NCBI RefSeq assembly: GCF_001194135.2 | Contig: NC_069004.1 | Coordinates: 29,766,370 to 29,830,369 of the forward strand | DNA length: 64,000 nt | Reading direction: 5' to 3' | Source: Octopus bimaculoides | Lineage: Eukaryota | Shown: positions 35,730 to 48,323 of the stretch, in pieces | How positions within the stretch are numbered: the first letter of the stretch is position 1 | Layout of the letters: each line of letters opens with the position of its first letter | Program-made: the position numbers and the translations under genes | The notes under the pieces: model-generated | Databases searched by the model: none | What the model saw: the letters and a program-made list of their open reading frames with translations, nothing else | Told to the model about the DNA's origin: nothing

Positions 35730-36531
35730 GTAAAAATCACTTTGCTTCCCATACCACCATCACCACCACCTTCTCCTCCTCCTCCTCCCTCTTAATGGTA
35801 GGTCTTCCTTTAAACTTAATTTGATAACAACAGGATGCTGCTCCTGTCACCAACTCCCCACTTGTTTCCAAGCAAGGTAATATTTTCCACATGACCAGAC
35901 ATGCTTTTCATGGAAGATTGGAGAAGAATAACACTCGTTTACAACCATCATGCGATGACAGGACCAGACACACATATGTACACAATAGGCTTCTTTCATG
36001 TTCTGTCAACTGAATTCTTTCACAAGGTTTTGGTCAGCCCAGCGCTGTAGCAGAAGACTCTTGCTCCAGGTGCCACACAGTGAGACTGAACCTAAAAAAA
36101 ATGGCAGAAATCGATAAAATAAAACCAGACAATACTTACAGATAAAGGTTCAGTTTTCGTTCTTTAATTATTTATAAACATACAGGTGCAGGAGTGGCTG
36201 TGTGGTAAGAAGCTTGCTTCCCAACCACATGGTTCTGAGTTCAGTCCCACTGCATGGCACTTTGGGCAAGTGTCCTCTACTTGTATTTGTGTGAATTTGA
36301 ATATGTTAACCACTACACCATATACCTGTATTTATTGTATTAGATGTATTATATTCTGAGTTCAAATTCTGGTGAGGTCAACTTTGCCTTTCATCCTTTC
36401 GGGGTCAATAAATTAAGTACCAGTGAAACACTGGGGGTTGATGTAATCGGCTAGTCCCTTCCCCCAAAATATCAGGCTTTGTGCTTTTAGTAGAAAGGAT
36501 TATATTATAGATATTATCTATTGGATTTCAG

Positions 36532-36656
36532 AATTTGGAAGCTGCAAACGAGAGTCTCACAATGAATCTTGAAGAATCTGAAAAACAGCGACAGGAAGGC
36601 GAACACGAAATCTATAAATTCCGACTTTTGGTTAAGCAGCAGAATGACGACCTGGT
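36532..36656 (+). CDS. CEP63: CEP63 exon 6 (NLEAANESLTMNLEESEKQRQEGEHEIYKFRLLVKQQNDDL)
   Basis: 125 nt. Donor GT/GTAAGT gives phase 2, matching the exon 7 acceptor. Confidence 0.85.
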
Positions 36657-37136
36657 GTAAGTACAAATATTGTTGGGATTGATATGGAATTACGTTTAGG
36701 TTGCTGGCATGGCTGTGTGGTTAAGAGACTTGCTGCCAAACCAAGTGGTCTCAGGTTCAGTCCCCACTGCACGGCACCTTGGGCAAGTCTTGTACTATAG
36801 CCTCAGGTCAACTAAAGCTTTGTGAGTTAATTTCGTTGACAGAAATTGAAAGAAGCTTACCATGTATATATATATATATATATATTAATAATAAAGAGGG
36901 TAAAATTAATTAATAATTTTACCAAGTAGATCGGTACATTAAAATAACCTTTCTAGGTAAAATTATACAAATATTCTATAATTATAAACATACTTATAAC
37001 TAGATGTCAGCTAATTGCTTTGCCACACACCTAATTTAGAAATAGGAGCTAAAAATTCCTTTTCTAATACCACAACTAATCTCCTTAGATTTTGATGATT
37101 GTATTTAATCGTCTGTGAATTGCGGTTTCGTTTCAG

Positions 37137-37275
37137 TGACTATGGTAAATCTGATGACCTCCTCAAGAGAGCTGTAATTACATTGAGGACCGATCTGCAA
37201 ACAAAAATAGCCACCATCACCAACCTGCAGTCCGAACTCGAACAGTACAAAGAAGATCAAGCACATCGAATGAAG
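37137..37275 (+). CDS. CEP63: CEP63 exon 7 (DYGKSDDLLKRAVITLRTDLQTKIATITNLQSELEQYKEDQAHRMK)
   Basis: 139 nt, phase 2 to 0. Acceptor cgtttcag, donor GTTAGT. Confidence 0.85.
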
Positions 37276-37898
37276 GTTAGTGGCAAATGGATAGATACCT
37301 GGGTAGTTTACATAAACATCATCATCACCATCATCATTTAACATCTGTTTTCCATGCTGGCAATGGGTTGGACGGTTTGACTGAAAACTGGTGAGCTGCA
37401 CCAGGCTCCAGTCTGATTTGGCATGGTTTCTACAGCTGGATGCCCTTCCTAATGCCAATCACTCTGAGAGTGTAGTGGGTGCTTTTTACATATCACTGGC
37501 ACAGGTGCCAGTTACATAACACAAACATTGGCCACTTCTACGATCTCACTTGGCTTGACAGGTCTTCTTGAGCACAGGATATTGCCAAAGGTCTCGGTCA
37601 CTTACTGGGCGTGTGTGGCAAGAGAGGTTTTCTGAAAACCTACGATTGCTTTAATAACAGCTTAACTCCTTTTCTTCTGACTTTAACTCTTTAGAATTCA
37701 GGTAGAGTGTTTGGGCCAGATTTGGCTGGTTTAAATGCTAAAAGTTTAATTGATTATCTTTTATCTTAATTCATCACTTCGATGTAAAGAAAATGATGAA
37801 TAGATTCTAAGCACAAAATAATTTTTTTTTTTCTTTCCAGATAAAAATAATTTCTAAATCCAGGGTGGTTTCATATATTTCTTGTTTCTTAATTACAG

Positions 37899-38021
37899 AA
37901 TGACTACGAGATGCTGGAAACTCTACAGAATGAGAACCAGCAACTTCATCAAGATCTGGTCAAGCATAAAGAATATATGAAAGAGTATTCTAGTCTGAAA
38001 GAACAGTTAGAGTTATTAAAG
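37899..38021 (+). CDS. CEP63: CEP63 exon 8 (NDYEMLETLQNENQQLHQDLVKHKEYMKEYSSLKEQLELLK)
   Basis: 123 nt, phase 0/0. LETLQNENQQLHQDL resembles human LNKLVSENQQLQKDL. Confidence 0.87.
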
Positions 38022-39223
38022 GTGGGTAAAAACTTTTTAAAATCTTGATCTCTGTTGTAGGCCATAACCCTGCCCCTTGACTGGCCTTTTGTGCCAGTGG
38101 CGCATAAAAAGCACTACCTGAACGTGATTGATGCCAGGCCCACCTGACTGGTTCTTCTGCTAGTGGCACATAAAAAGCACCCACTACATTCTGAGAGTGG
38201 TTGGCATTAGGAAGAGCATCCAGCTGTAGAAACATTGCCAGATTGGAGTCTGGTGTGGCCGCTGGCTTTTCAGACCTCAGTCAAACCGTCCAACCCATAC
38301 CAGCATGGAAAACGGACGTTAAACGATGATGATGATGATGATGAGGTGCTACTCTTAATTTAGACTGGTGACCTAATGTCATTCTAAGATGAAAGAAGAG
38401 TTAAGACACCGAGCTAGCAGAATTGTTACCTCCCAGAAAAATTGCTTAATGGCAGTTCCTATGGATTTATGTTCTGAGTTCAAATGCTGCTGGGGTTGAC
38501 TTTGCCTTTCATTCTTTCAGGGTCAATAACTTAAGTACCAGTTGATCACTGGGGTCAATGTAAACAGACTTACCCCACCTCCCTCGAAACTGCTAGCCTT
38601 GTGCCAAAATTTGAAACCATTATGAAAGAAGGGTTAGAGGTATTGAAGGTGAGTGAATACTCCCAAAACAGCACCATCTCAGACTTCCTCTAAATATGAG
38701 TGACACTCGGCCAGAGCTCTCACTGTCACTCCAAACTCTGGGCATTGCTATCACTGAAGATTTCGCCTAACGAAAGTACATCCTTAGCATAGCTAAGACT
38801 ACACCCCAACAAACAGGTCCTTCTCTTCCAAAACCAGAAGATGCTTCAATTTCCAACAGTTACTCTACAAGTCTCAAAATATGGCCCAAAATTGAGTTCT
38901 GTTCCCACATTTGGGACATTGCTGCTGTCATGCACACATTCTGGGCCACATCTAGAGAAGAGCCACTCAAATGATTGGTACTCCATCACTGATGGACACA
39001 CTCCAAATCCTGGTCCACAGCTGCGATGTCTCCTTCCTCCATCTTTCATTTTGCTATTTTAATGGTCCCTGCTCCTCAGAGCTGGTTAGTCGTATACTTC
39101 CACCACTTGGGCACTTTCAACCCAATTGTCTCTCTCCACCCAGTGCCACTTTTAAAAATTGGATATTAAATGGGAATGGTGATATGTGTATGTATCTATT
39201 CTTTTATTTTTGTTTCTTATTAG

Positions 39224-39354
39224 GCCGAGAAAGTTGTTTTGGGGAAAATAATCTCGGATCAAACCGAGAAACTGAAGAACCACAAAACGAAAATGCAGTT
39301 GAAGATTGATGAAGTGGAAGAGAATTTTGATGAGGTTTGGATGGCACAAGCCAG
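39224..39354 (+). CDS. CEP63: CEP63 exon 9 (AEKVVLGKIISDQTEKLKNHKTKMQLKIDEVEENFDEVWMAQA)
   Basis: 131 nt. The donor AG/GTGGGT (phase 2) is needed to keep frame with exon 10. An alternative GT at 39335 would give an immediate stop. Confidence 0.8.
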
Positions 39355-39943
39355 GTGGGTAACTTTATAGCTTTTTCCTTTGAGTAAAGAAAACAGAATC
39401 ATTTATATTTTGATCTTTTTAGCATGGAGGGTCCCAGCCTAAGGGATGGGTTATAATTTTGAAAGGGTTGCATAGACAAACTCCTTGACTTTTGAAATAT
39501 TTAACAGAATGTAAAATGGTAAACAATATAGGTGCAGGCAGGGCTGTGTGGTAAGAAGTTTGTTTCCCAATCTCATGGTTCCAGGTTCAGTTCCACTGCA
39601 TGACACTTCGGGCAAGTGTCATCTACTATAACCTCGGACCAACCAAAGCCTTGTGAATAGATTTTGGTAGACAGAAACTGAAAGAAGCCCATCGCATGTG
39701 TGTATGTGTGTATGTATGTAGGTAGGTAGGCAAGCACAAGCATGGCTGTGTAATAAGAGGTTTGCTTCCCGACCACATGGTTCTAGGTTCAATCTCTTTG
39801 TGTGGCACCTTGGGCAAGTATCTTCTACTATAACCTCAGACTGAATAAGGTGTTTTGTTTTGTTTTTTATCATATTTGGTGTTTTTGTTTAGCTGAGCTA
39901 TTTTGCAAAGTTCTGTTTTCTTACCCCACCGCGTTAATTACAG

Positions 39944-40029
39944 GAACGTTGACGAGGAAACAGCAAAATTAGAATTACAACTGATAAATCAGCAACAAAA
40001 CAGACAAGAAAAGGAAGAATTTTACGAAG
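39944..40029 (+). CDS. CEP63: CEP63 exon 10 (RNVDEETAKLELQLINQQQNRQEKEEFYE)
   Basis: 86 nt, phase 2 to 1, donor G/GTAAGA. Confidence 0.82.
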
Positions 40030-40324
40030 GTAAGATTCTCTCTTCATTTATCCTTTCATTTCTGGAGAAGAGAATTGGCTCAAAACATTGACGAGTTCTT
40101 CCAATTCTCTTGAACATCATCCTAATATACCTTGTTTGTTTGTTTTGGTTTTTTACTTCATCTTCATGTTGTTTTTTTTTTTTTTTTGCACCACACACAC
40201 ATGAAGGTAAGATCCAAGGATCCAAGTGTAGGGAGTTAGTAAGCTTCAAGCAGTCTGTAGAAAGTATAAAGAACAACTTTCAGGGGCAATAGTGTTTTAT
40301 TGATATGCAGATGCTTGTAAACTT

Positions 40325-40883
40325 TTCAGTCATGCTTATTTGTCCGTGGACAAGATATCTCAAGAACCATTGAATGGATTCGGATGAAACTTTCAGGAAT
40401 GTTTGGCTTCGTGACTGGCACAAACTGATTAGATTTTGGGATTGATCTGGTACCGGACAAGGCTTCTGGATTATTTGTTATATTTACTTTACTTTACATG
40501 ATTACGATCTTACGTTAACTTTCAAGTCTTTCTCAATTATTTCCCTTTAGGCTGTAACTATTTTTGAATGATGAATTTGTTAACTTTGGCAGGTTTTAGA
40601 TAAGGATAAACTATTTATTACTGTTACTAAATTTTCTACAGCCACCTTCATATTCCATGGCTACCATTGGGATCGATCAGGTACCAGACAAGGATTCTGG
40701 ATTATTTTTCTGGTTTTTTTACTCAATTTTTGAGAGCAATCTGGTTCATTTTTAGTATTCTCGTTTGTGAGAACAGTCGAGTTTATTTCAGATATTCTCG
40801 TTTTAAAAATCCTCTCCAGCTAATCATTGAGAGGACGTTGGTGTTGCCTTGGTGGAGGTTCGCGCTCTCTGAGTGCTCTTGTT
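40325..40883 (+). mobile_element. Non-autonomous Helitron/Helentron-like element
   Basis: 3' end ccttggtggaggttcgcgctctctgagtgctcttgtt resembles known Helitron-N termini (recalled). Internal ~45-bp duplication at about 40436 and 40666. Confidence 0.55.
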
Positions 40884-40929
40884 GATATATTTATTTTTAT
40901 TTGCTTTTTAATCCCTCTACTTTTTGCAG

Positions 40930-41228
40930 AAACGGAAGACAAAGAAGAACAAGATTATGATGATGATGAAGAAGAAGTGGAAATTGAAGAAGTAGAAGAA
41001 GAAGTAGAAGAAGAGACAGACAAAGAACATGACAAAGAAGTAGGAGTAGAAGAGATGGAGAAGGAGAACAAAAGAGTTGATGTCGACCATCGGTTAAGTA
41101 AAGAAGTTGGGGACAGAGTCCACCAATCACTCTCAGCTCTAAACAGTGCCCTAAACTCAACTAGTCAAACAAATCTTCAGCATGTGATTGATGCGATAGG
41201 CATTGAGCCTAAACCGAATGACAGTGTG
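40930..41228 (+). CDS. CEP63: CEP63 exon 11 (acidic tract, then LSKEVGDRVHQSLSALNSALNSTSQTNLQHVIDAIGIEPKPNDSV)
   Basis: 299 nt open, phase 1 to 0. Acceptor ctttttgcag, donor GTAAGT. Confidence 0.8.
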
Positions 41229-42110
41229 GTAAGTCATCACTCATGAATTCTAACCTTTTTCTGTTTTTCTTAAATAAAATTTTGGCTTGATGCCAGTGTC
41301 GCCTGACTGGCTCCTGTGCCGGTGGCACATAAAAAGCAAGCTTTGAACATGGCTGATGCCAGTGCCACCTGACTGGCCCCCATGTTGGTGGCACGTAAAA
41401 AACACCCACTACACTCTTGGAGTGGTTGACATTAGGAAGGGCATCCAGCTGTAGAAACCTTACCAAATCAGACGAGCCTGGTACAACCTCCCAGCATGGA
41501 AAGCGGACACCAAACAATGATGATGATGATGATGTTTCTTAGAATTAATTTTATTCTCTCCGCTGACTCAACCAATAAAATCATATATCGAGAGATAAAT
41601 AGATAGATAGGGGCAGGCATGGCTATGTGGTAAGAAGTTTGCTTCCCAACATCATGGTTGTGTGTTCAGTCCCACTGCGTGGCACCTTGAACATGTGTCT
41701 TCTATTATAGCCTTGAGCTAACCAAAGCCTTGTGAATGGATTTGGTAGACGGAAATTGAATATGTATATATCTATGTGTGTGACTTTGTGTCCGTGTTTG
41801 ATCCCACATCATCACTTGACAACCGGTGTTGGTGTGTTTACGTCCTCGTAATACTAGGCTTACAATGAATAAGTCCCGAGGTCAGAAAAACACTTTAAGG
41901 CAGTGCTCCACCATGGCCACAGTCAAATGACTGAAACAAAGGAATATATATGTATGTATGTATGTATATATATATTTGTGTGTGTATACACACACATATA
42001 TATATGTATGTATATAATTTAGGATAAAATCATATTAATGATTATGTCAAGTGGCCAGCATGAAATAAATCTTTGTAGGTAATTTATATACTAAATTGGT
42101 AATTATATAT

Positions 42111-42236
42111 ATATAATTATATAAAAGAGATGAGGAAAGAACCTTTTCCAACATGCTGAAAGTAGACAGTGCTTTTGGCATCTACTTTCAGCATGTTGGA
42201 AAAGGTTCCTTCCTGATCCCTTTTATATAATTATAT
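42111..42236. repeat. Near-perfect fold-back, 56-bp arms with 3 mismatches and a 14-nt spacer
   Basis: ...gaaccttttccaacatgctgaaagtaga-cagtgcttttggca-tctactttcagcatgttggaaaaggttcc... Confidence 0.92.
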
Positions 42237-42359
42237 ATATATAATATAAATATATGTTTATCTAATATATCTTTCTCAACACACCAACTCTCATTTCTAA
42301 CTGTCTTTTTCTTACACACATAGACACCTCCCTCCTTCTGTATCTCACACATCTATCCT

Positions 42360-42474
42360 CTTGTGTCATGTTACCTCTCTCTCTCTCTCACTCACTCACT
42401 CACTATCTATCTATCTCTCTCCTGTTCCTCTTCTTTCTGTCTCTCTCTCATACAAATTCACTTTCTATACCATT

Positions 42475-42520
<46 letters not shown>

Positions 42521-42750
42521 AACACTTACAAACATACATTGATATAAACACAATATCTCTCTCTCTCTCATACAAACACTTTCTCATCTCTCCTCCACTC
42601 TCTCTCGCCCTTTCACTCTCTCCTTCCTTCTCAGACACCCACATACACACATACAAACATACATTCACATAAACACAGTATGTCTCCCCCTTCACCCCCT
42701 CTCTCCCTCTGTCCACCTCCCTCATACAAACACTCTTTCTCTCCCCCCAT
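42360..42750. repeat. (CT)n/(CA)n pyrimidine-rich tract upstream of the CEP63 last exon
   Basis: Directly visible. Confidence 0.85.
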
Positions 42751-42782
42751 CTAATTCTTCCAAAACCTTTCTTCTATTTCAG

Positions 42783-42929
42783 TTCTGTGTATCACAGAGC
42801 CAGATAAAGGACTTCCTACACAAAGAGCAAATATATCGCAAAGACTGGGAAGACAATTTCTCCAAAGAACTCCACCGAATTTGGCACAACACCGAAGGAG
42901 TCATACAACGATACATCAATAGCCTGTAA
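42783..42929 (+). CDS. CEP63: CEP63 exon 12, terminal (FCVSQSQIKDFLHKEQIYRKDWEDNFSKELHRIWHNTEGVIQRYINSL*)
   Basis: 147 nt including stop. Resembles the CEP63/DEUP1 C-terminal CEP152-binding helix (human [38 protein letters not shown]). The 12 exons total 1608 nt = 535 aa. Confidence 0.85.
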   Translation, partial: FCVSQSQIKDFLHKEQIYRKDWEDNFSKELHRIWHNTEGVIQRYINSL

Positions 42930-45900
42930 ATAATAACCATGCCAATACCGACTGCGCTGTNNNNNNNNNNNNNNNNNNNNNNNNNNNNNNNNNNNNNNNN
43001 NNNNNNNNNNNNNNNNNNNNNNNNNNNNNNNNNNNNNNNNNNNNNNNNNNNNNNNNNNNNNNNNNNNNNNNNNNNNNNNNNNNNNNNNNNNNNNNNNNNN
43101 NNNNNNNNNNNNNNNNNNNNNNNNNNNNNNNNNNNNNNNNNNNNNNNNNNNNNNNNNNNNNNNNNNNNNNNNNNNNNNNNNNNNNNNNNNNNNNNNNNNN
43201 NNNNNNNNNNNNNNNNNNNNNNNNNNNNNNNNNNNNNNNNNNNNNNNNNNNNNNNNNNNNNNNNNNNNNNNNNNNNNNNNNNNNNNNNNNNNNNNNNNNN
43301 NNNNNNNNNNNNNNNNNNNNNNNNNNNNNNNNNNNNNNNNNNNNNNNNNNNNNNNNNNNNNNNNNNNNNNNNNNNNNNNNNNNNNNNNNNNNNNNNNNNN
43401 NNNNNNNNNNNNNNNNNNNNNNNNNNNNNNNNNNNNNNNNNNNNNNNNNNNNNNNNNNNNNNNNNNNNNNNNNNTATATATATATATACACACACTTACA
43501 CACACACCAATCAATCAAGCATGGACAACAGGTAAAGCACCCAGAGCAAGATTCAAAAAGTAAGGAGACCAAACTCTTTCGTCAGTTGTTGACTGAAGGT
43601 CAAGGTAATTACAAGATCACCTTGACCTTTAGTGAACCACTGGTCAACTTTGTATCACTTCCTGTCATGTGTTTTATCTGCTGTCCTCTGTGGCTTAATT
43701 TTGCTTTTTTTATCTTGACCATCATGCCAACCAAACATTTTGTCCACTCCAAATGGCTTACGACTAGCTGCTGACAAACTGTCCAACCCATGACAGCATG
43801 GAAGACAAACGTTAAATATTATGTGTGTGTGTATATATATATATATATATACATGCACACACAATATATATATAAATATATATATAAGTTTAAAACTTAC
43901 TTGCAAGGATGATATATATATATATAAACACACACATATATATGTGTGTGTGTGGATATATATATATATGTGTGTGTATATATATGTATATAATGCTTAC
44001 GTGTGTATATATATTGACTTGGATGCTTTGTGCCTTTTCTTTCATGCCAGAATATATATTTTTGCTAATATAAGTATATCTGTATTGTACATAATATATG
44101 AGTTGATGTCATTTATATAAAAGCATAAAGGGACCCCCTTCGGTCATGAATGATGCTGGGATTGCACCTAGAATGTTCCCCTCCGATGCACAAGTCCAGG
44201 CAAGGCTGTTTTATGGAAGACCAAAAGTTACACGTGCATACCACCCTCGTTCCTCCATGCCACCAATGTTGTCCAAGGGAAAGGCAACTGACTCACATAT
44301 GGAGAAAAATTAGATAAATTATACAAACCAATGCAACCCACCTTTAATTCTTCCACATTCAGATCAGTCTGTCGAATGTAATGCTAATTTATTCAAAATC
44401 GTCTTGAATTAATCATGCATTACCTTGTAGCTTTTGAGATTTCAATGAAGTAATTGCTATTATTTTAGAATGACACTGTAAGGTCGGTCTGAGAGAATGG
44501 ATTTGGTCAGTTGGAACAGAAAGGCAGAATATTTGTGGCCGGTTTAAATGCTATACGGTTAGAAAAAAACTGGATGATTAATTTCATCACAATTTTTAGT
44601 GTGGTTTGTGACCCTATCTTTTTGTTTAGTTGTCCTGCATATCTGGTCAGCTATGTGTTTTAAAAATAACCACACCACAATTTGCCTGACTTTACAGATG
44701 CACATCTAATAAATTAATATTTTATAATGGTACGGTGAATATCCATTAATTGATGCTACTAGTGAAGGCTTGTGAATAGGAGGGAACAGAAATTACTGGA
44801 TGGTGGGTGGGGGAAGACCCAACCTATACAAATTCAGCTCTGCTCAAAGCTGGATTTTCTCACCTTTAAATTACAGTCAACCTGGAAGATTCTAGAATCT
44901 GTTTTGCAGGAAAACTCGCACACTTCCTCTGAAGTTGCTGTCTCAACCATAAATATATCAGCCAGTGCTGACTGGTCAAACCATTTTCAGGTAGGCATTG
45001 ATACTGTTTATGAAGGTCTGTGAATAGGAATGAAAGATAAGAGAAAAGAGAAAAAAAATGATCCAATCTGTACAAATATTGTTTTTTACTCTAGGCACAA
45101 GGCCTGAAATTTTTTGGGAGGGGGCCAGTTGATTAAATCAACCCCGAAAGGATGAAAGGCAAAGTCGACCTCGGCAGAATTTGAACTCAGAAGGTAAAGA
45201 CAGACGAAATACCGCTAAGCATTTCGCCCGGCATGCTAACGTTTCTTATTTCTTTACTGCCCACAAGGAGCTACACACAGAGGGGACAAACAAGGACAGA
45301 CAAACGGATTAAGTCAATTACATCGACTCCAGTGCGTAACTGGTACTTATTTAATCGACCCCGAAAGGATGAAAGGCAAAGTCAACCTCGGTGGAATTTG
45401 AACTCAGAATGTAGCGGCAGACGAAATCCACTAAGCATTTCGCCCGGCGTACTAACGTTTCTGCCAGCTCACAGCCTTCCAATCTGTACAAATATTGAAA
45501 TTGCTCTGCGAGTGGTACATAAAAAGCATCCTGCACTCTGTTTGGTGGTTGGCATCAGGAAGGGCATGCAGCTATAGAAACCATGCCACAACAGACAATT
45601 GGAGAGTGGATAGCTCCCAGCTGACCAGCTCCATGTCAAACTGTCCAATTCATGCCATCATGGAGAACGGATGTTAAATGAGGATGATGATGATGATTAA
45701 CACCTTTTATGGCAACTCTTTTCCTTTTATAGAAATAAATTTGGTCAGGATTCTAAAGTCAGAAAAATCTGAGAAGCATGGTTCAATTCTCAGGCAGCTT
45801 CTCACTACACATTTTACCCAGAAATGCACCACCCTACCACATCCCATAGTCTATATCAGGATATGGACAACACTGTTCAAGAAACAGACCACATGGGATG

Positions 45901-47075
45901 AGATGGCTTATCATCTGACAGGCAACACTACTAGAAAAATTGACGGTTATTTTTCACTAGGCACATCATTCGGAAAGTCCCATGGGCTGTTATTTGTCTT
46001 TGACTGGTCTATGTGTTAACAGGCTCATGGACCTTATTCTATCGGTCTCTTTTTGCCGGACTGCTAAGTTATGGAGATGTAAACACATTAGCATCGGTTG
46101 TCAAGCGATATTGGGGGACAAACACACACACATATATATATACATATACGACAGGCTTCTTTCAGTTTCCGTCTACCAAATCCACTCACAAGGCTTTGGT
46201 TGGCCCGAGGCTGTAGTAGAAGACACTTACCCAAGGTGCCACTCATTGGGACTGAACCTGGAACCATGTGGTTGGTAAGTAAGCTAGTACAATAGGATTT
46301 TTTAAACATGGAATGGTTATAAGGGTCCATTCGAATAAAATAGGAATGAAGGAGATCCATAGGTAAAAATCTGGTTGACAATCACTGTGCTAAAACGTTG
46401 ATTAGATTATTGTTGGTGCATTTACCCCGCTGGTGTAGTCAAGTTACTTCCAAGAGGATCACATATCTTGACCGATCGCACGGTCACAAAATATTTTGCT
46501 TCGAATTTCCTTCGAAACGTTTGATGAATATCCCTGCTTTATCTTTGCGGACTTGATAGTCTAGTGGTAATTGATTGATAAGAGAGTAAGCTATTTTCTA
46601 TTGTAAGAGACGAGTTATTCCCCTTGGACGAGATAGCACCATGTAACTCTTATAAGGGAGCTCATATAAGATTGTGGCGGGGCCACACAAGCAAAATGGT
46701 AAATTGGAGCCCCACAGTTGTATATTAAAGGTCCATGAATGAACTATGCTTCATATGTATTTCTTGCAACAAACAGTTAGGTTTCTTTTCTTAACGTCTT
46801 TATAGTTCAATCGATAGAACTTAATGTGTGAAAAACAAAATCGAAATTTGAAAGAAGCATACTCTTTTCTCTTTTACTTGTTTCAGTCATTTGACTGCGG
46901 CCATGCTGGAGCACCGCCTTTAGTCGAGCAAATCGAACCCAGGACTTATTCTTTGTAAGCCTAGTACTTATTCTATCGGTCTCTTTTGCCGAACCACTAA
47001 GTTACGGGAACATAAATACACCAGCATCGGTTGTCAAGCTATGTTGGGGGTACAAACACAGACATACAAACATAT

Positions 47076-47106
<31 letters not shown>

Positions 47107-47914
47107 CGACGGGCTTTCAGTTTCCGTCTACCAAATTCACTCACAAGGCTTTGGTCGGCCCGAGGCTATAGTAGAAGACACCTGCCCAAGGTGCTACGCG
47201 GTAGGACTGAACCAGGAATCATGTGGTTGGTAAGCAAGCTACTTACCACATAGCCACTCCTACGCCTAGATACTTAGCAGACAGCCACTCCTACGCCTAA
47301 GCATGTGTATAACTAGTTTTTAAACATCGATTGCCTATAGGGGTCCACCAGGGTGAAACAGTAATCAAAGGGGGTCCATAAAAAAAAACTAAATGGTTAA
47401 GAACCACTGTCATAAAGCCACATCGCTGCTATCGGCTCTTTTTTCCTACCATAACATCCTTAATTCTACGATAATGGTTTTCACCTTCTTTCGAAGGAGC
47501 TTGCTGCTTATCTAACTGAACGGAGTAAGTGACTGAAACACCGTAATTTGTAGATGGCGTTTGAGGAGTTCGTAGGGAGGTTTCCGATACCGTTACCCGT
47601 CTCTCTAACGTATTGAATCTTAAATGTTGCTCGCGATGGTGTCTGGCTGTTTCCGTCCTTCAGTTTTGCGATCGATCATTTACGATCAAATATTGAGTCA
47701 GAGATGAATTGGATGATGTTGAAAGAAAGCTGTAAGGGTTTGTATTTTTATAGAATGGAATCATAGCATTGGATGCAGTTTTAGACGGAGGAATCTTCGA
47801 TCAGAGTTGTGCTGAGGTGACCAAAGATGCACATTTTCGAGCAATTAGCTTCGTTTGTTTATTCTGTTGCCATTATTGCTGCTGCTGCTGATGATGATTT
47901 CATAGGACTTACAA

Positions 47915-48185
47915 GCATCTCAGGACACCAGTGGTCTGTTCTTGCCAGTGACCGTGAAGCCTGGCATCTCACCGTCCTCAGGACAACAGCCTCCTTTGAA
48001 GATACCAACAGGACCATCTTTGCACACAAAAGAAAAAGTAGTAAAATCAAGGACACTCCGACCAACCCTGATCAGCCTATTTCCCCCATGTACCCTCTGC
48101 CGTCTGACTCGTCGGGCATAGAAAACCTTAAACAGAGGTGGACATCTCTCACCGTTAATCTTCGCTCGCGAAGCCAAGCAAAGAT
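47915..48185 (+). mobile_element. RTE-clade LINE 3' fragment
   Basis: HQWSVLASDREAWHLTVLRTTASFEDTNRTIFAHKRK matches the RTE C-terminal WxxLAxDRxxWRxxV...FE...KR motif. Ends tcttcgctcgcgaagccaagc. Confidence 0.7.
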
Positions 48186-48323
48186 ACTATCATCTCAGAC
48201 GAAAATCCTCGTCGTCGCAACAACAATACACGCAGACCTGGTTGAGCTAAAAACCACCCAAAATCTTTGAAGTTTCAAATGACACCATCAAGAAAACGAA
48301 AGCGAGCCGATAAATGGTAATAA

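Noticed and set aside
39335-39336. Earlier GT donor for CEP63 exon 9
   Set aside because: Phase 0 would put a TGA at the third codon of exon 10. The donor at 39355 keeps the frame.
47440-47800. Minus-strand PDTIASNI...PPYELLKRHL resembling an LTR-retrotransposon gag fragment
   Set aside because: Multiple stops and too little similarity to call without a profile search.
47827-48270. 147-aa ORF as a possible extra CEP63 or CEP295 exon
   Set aside because: Explained by an RTE LINE 3' fragment. CEP63 already terminates at 42929.
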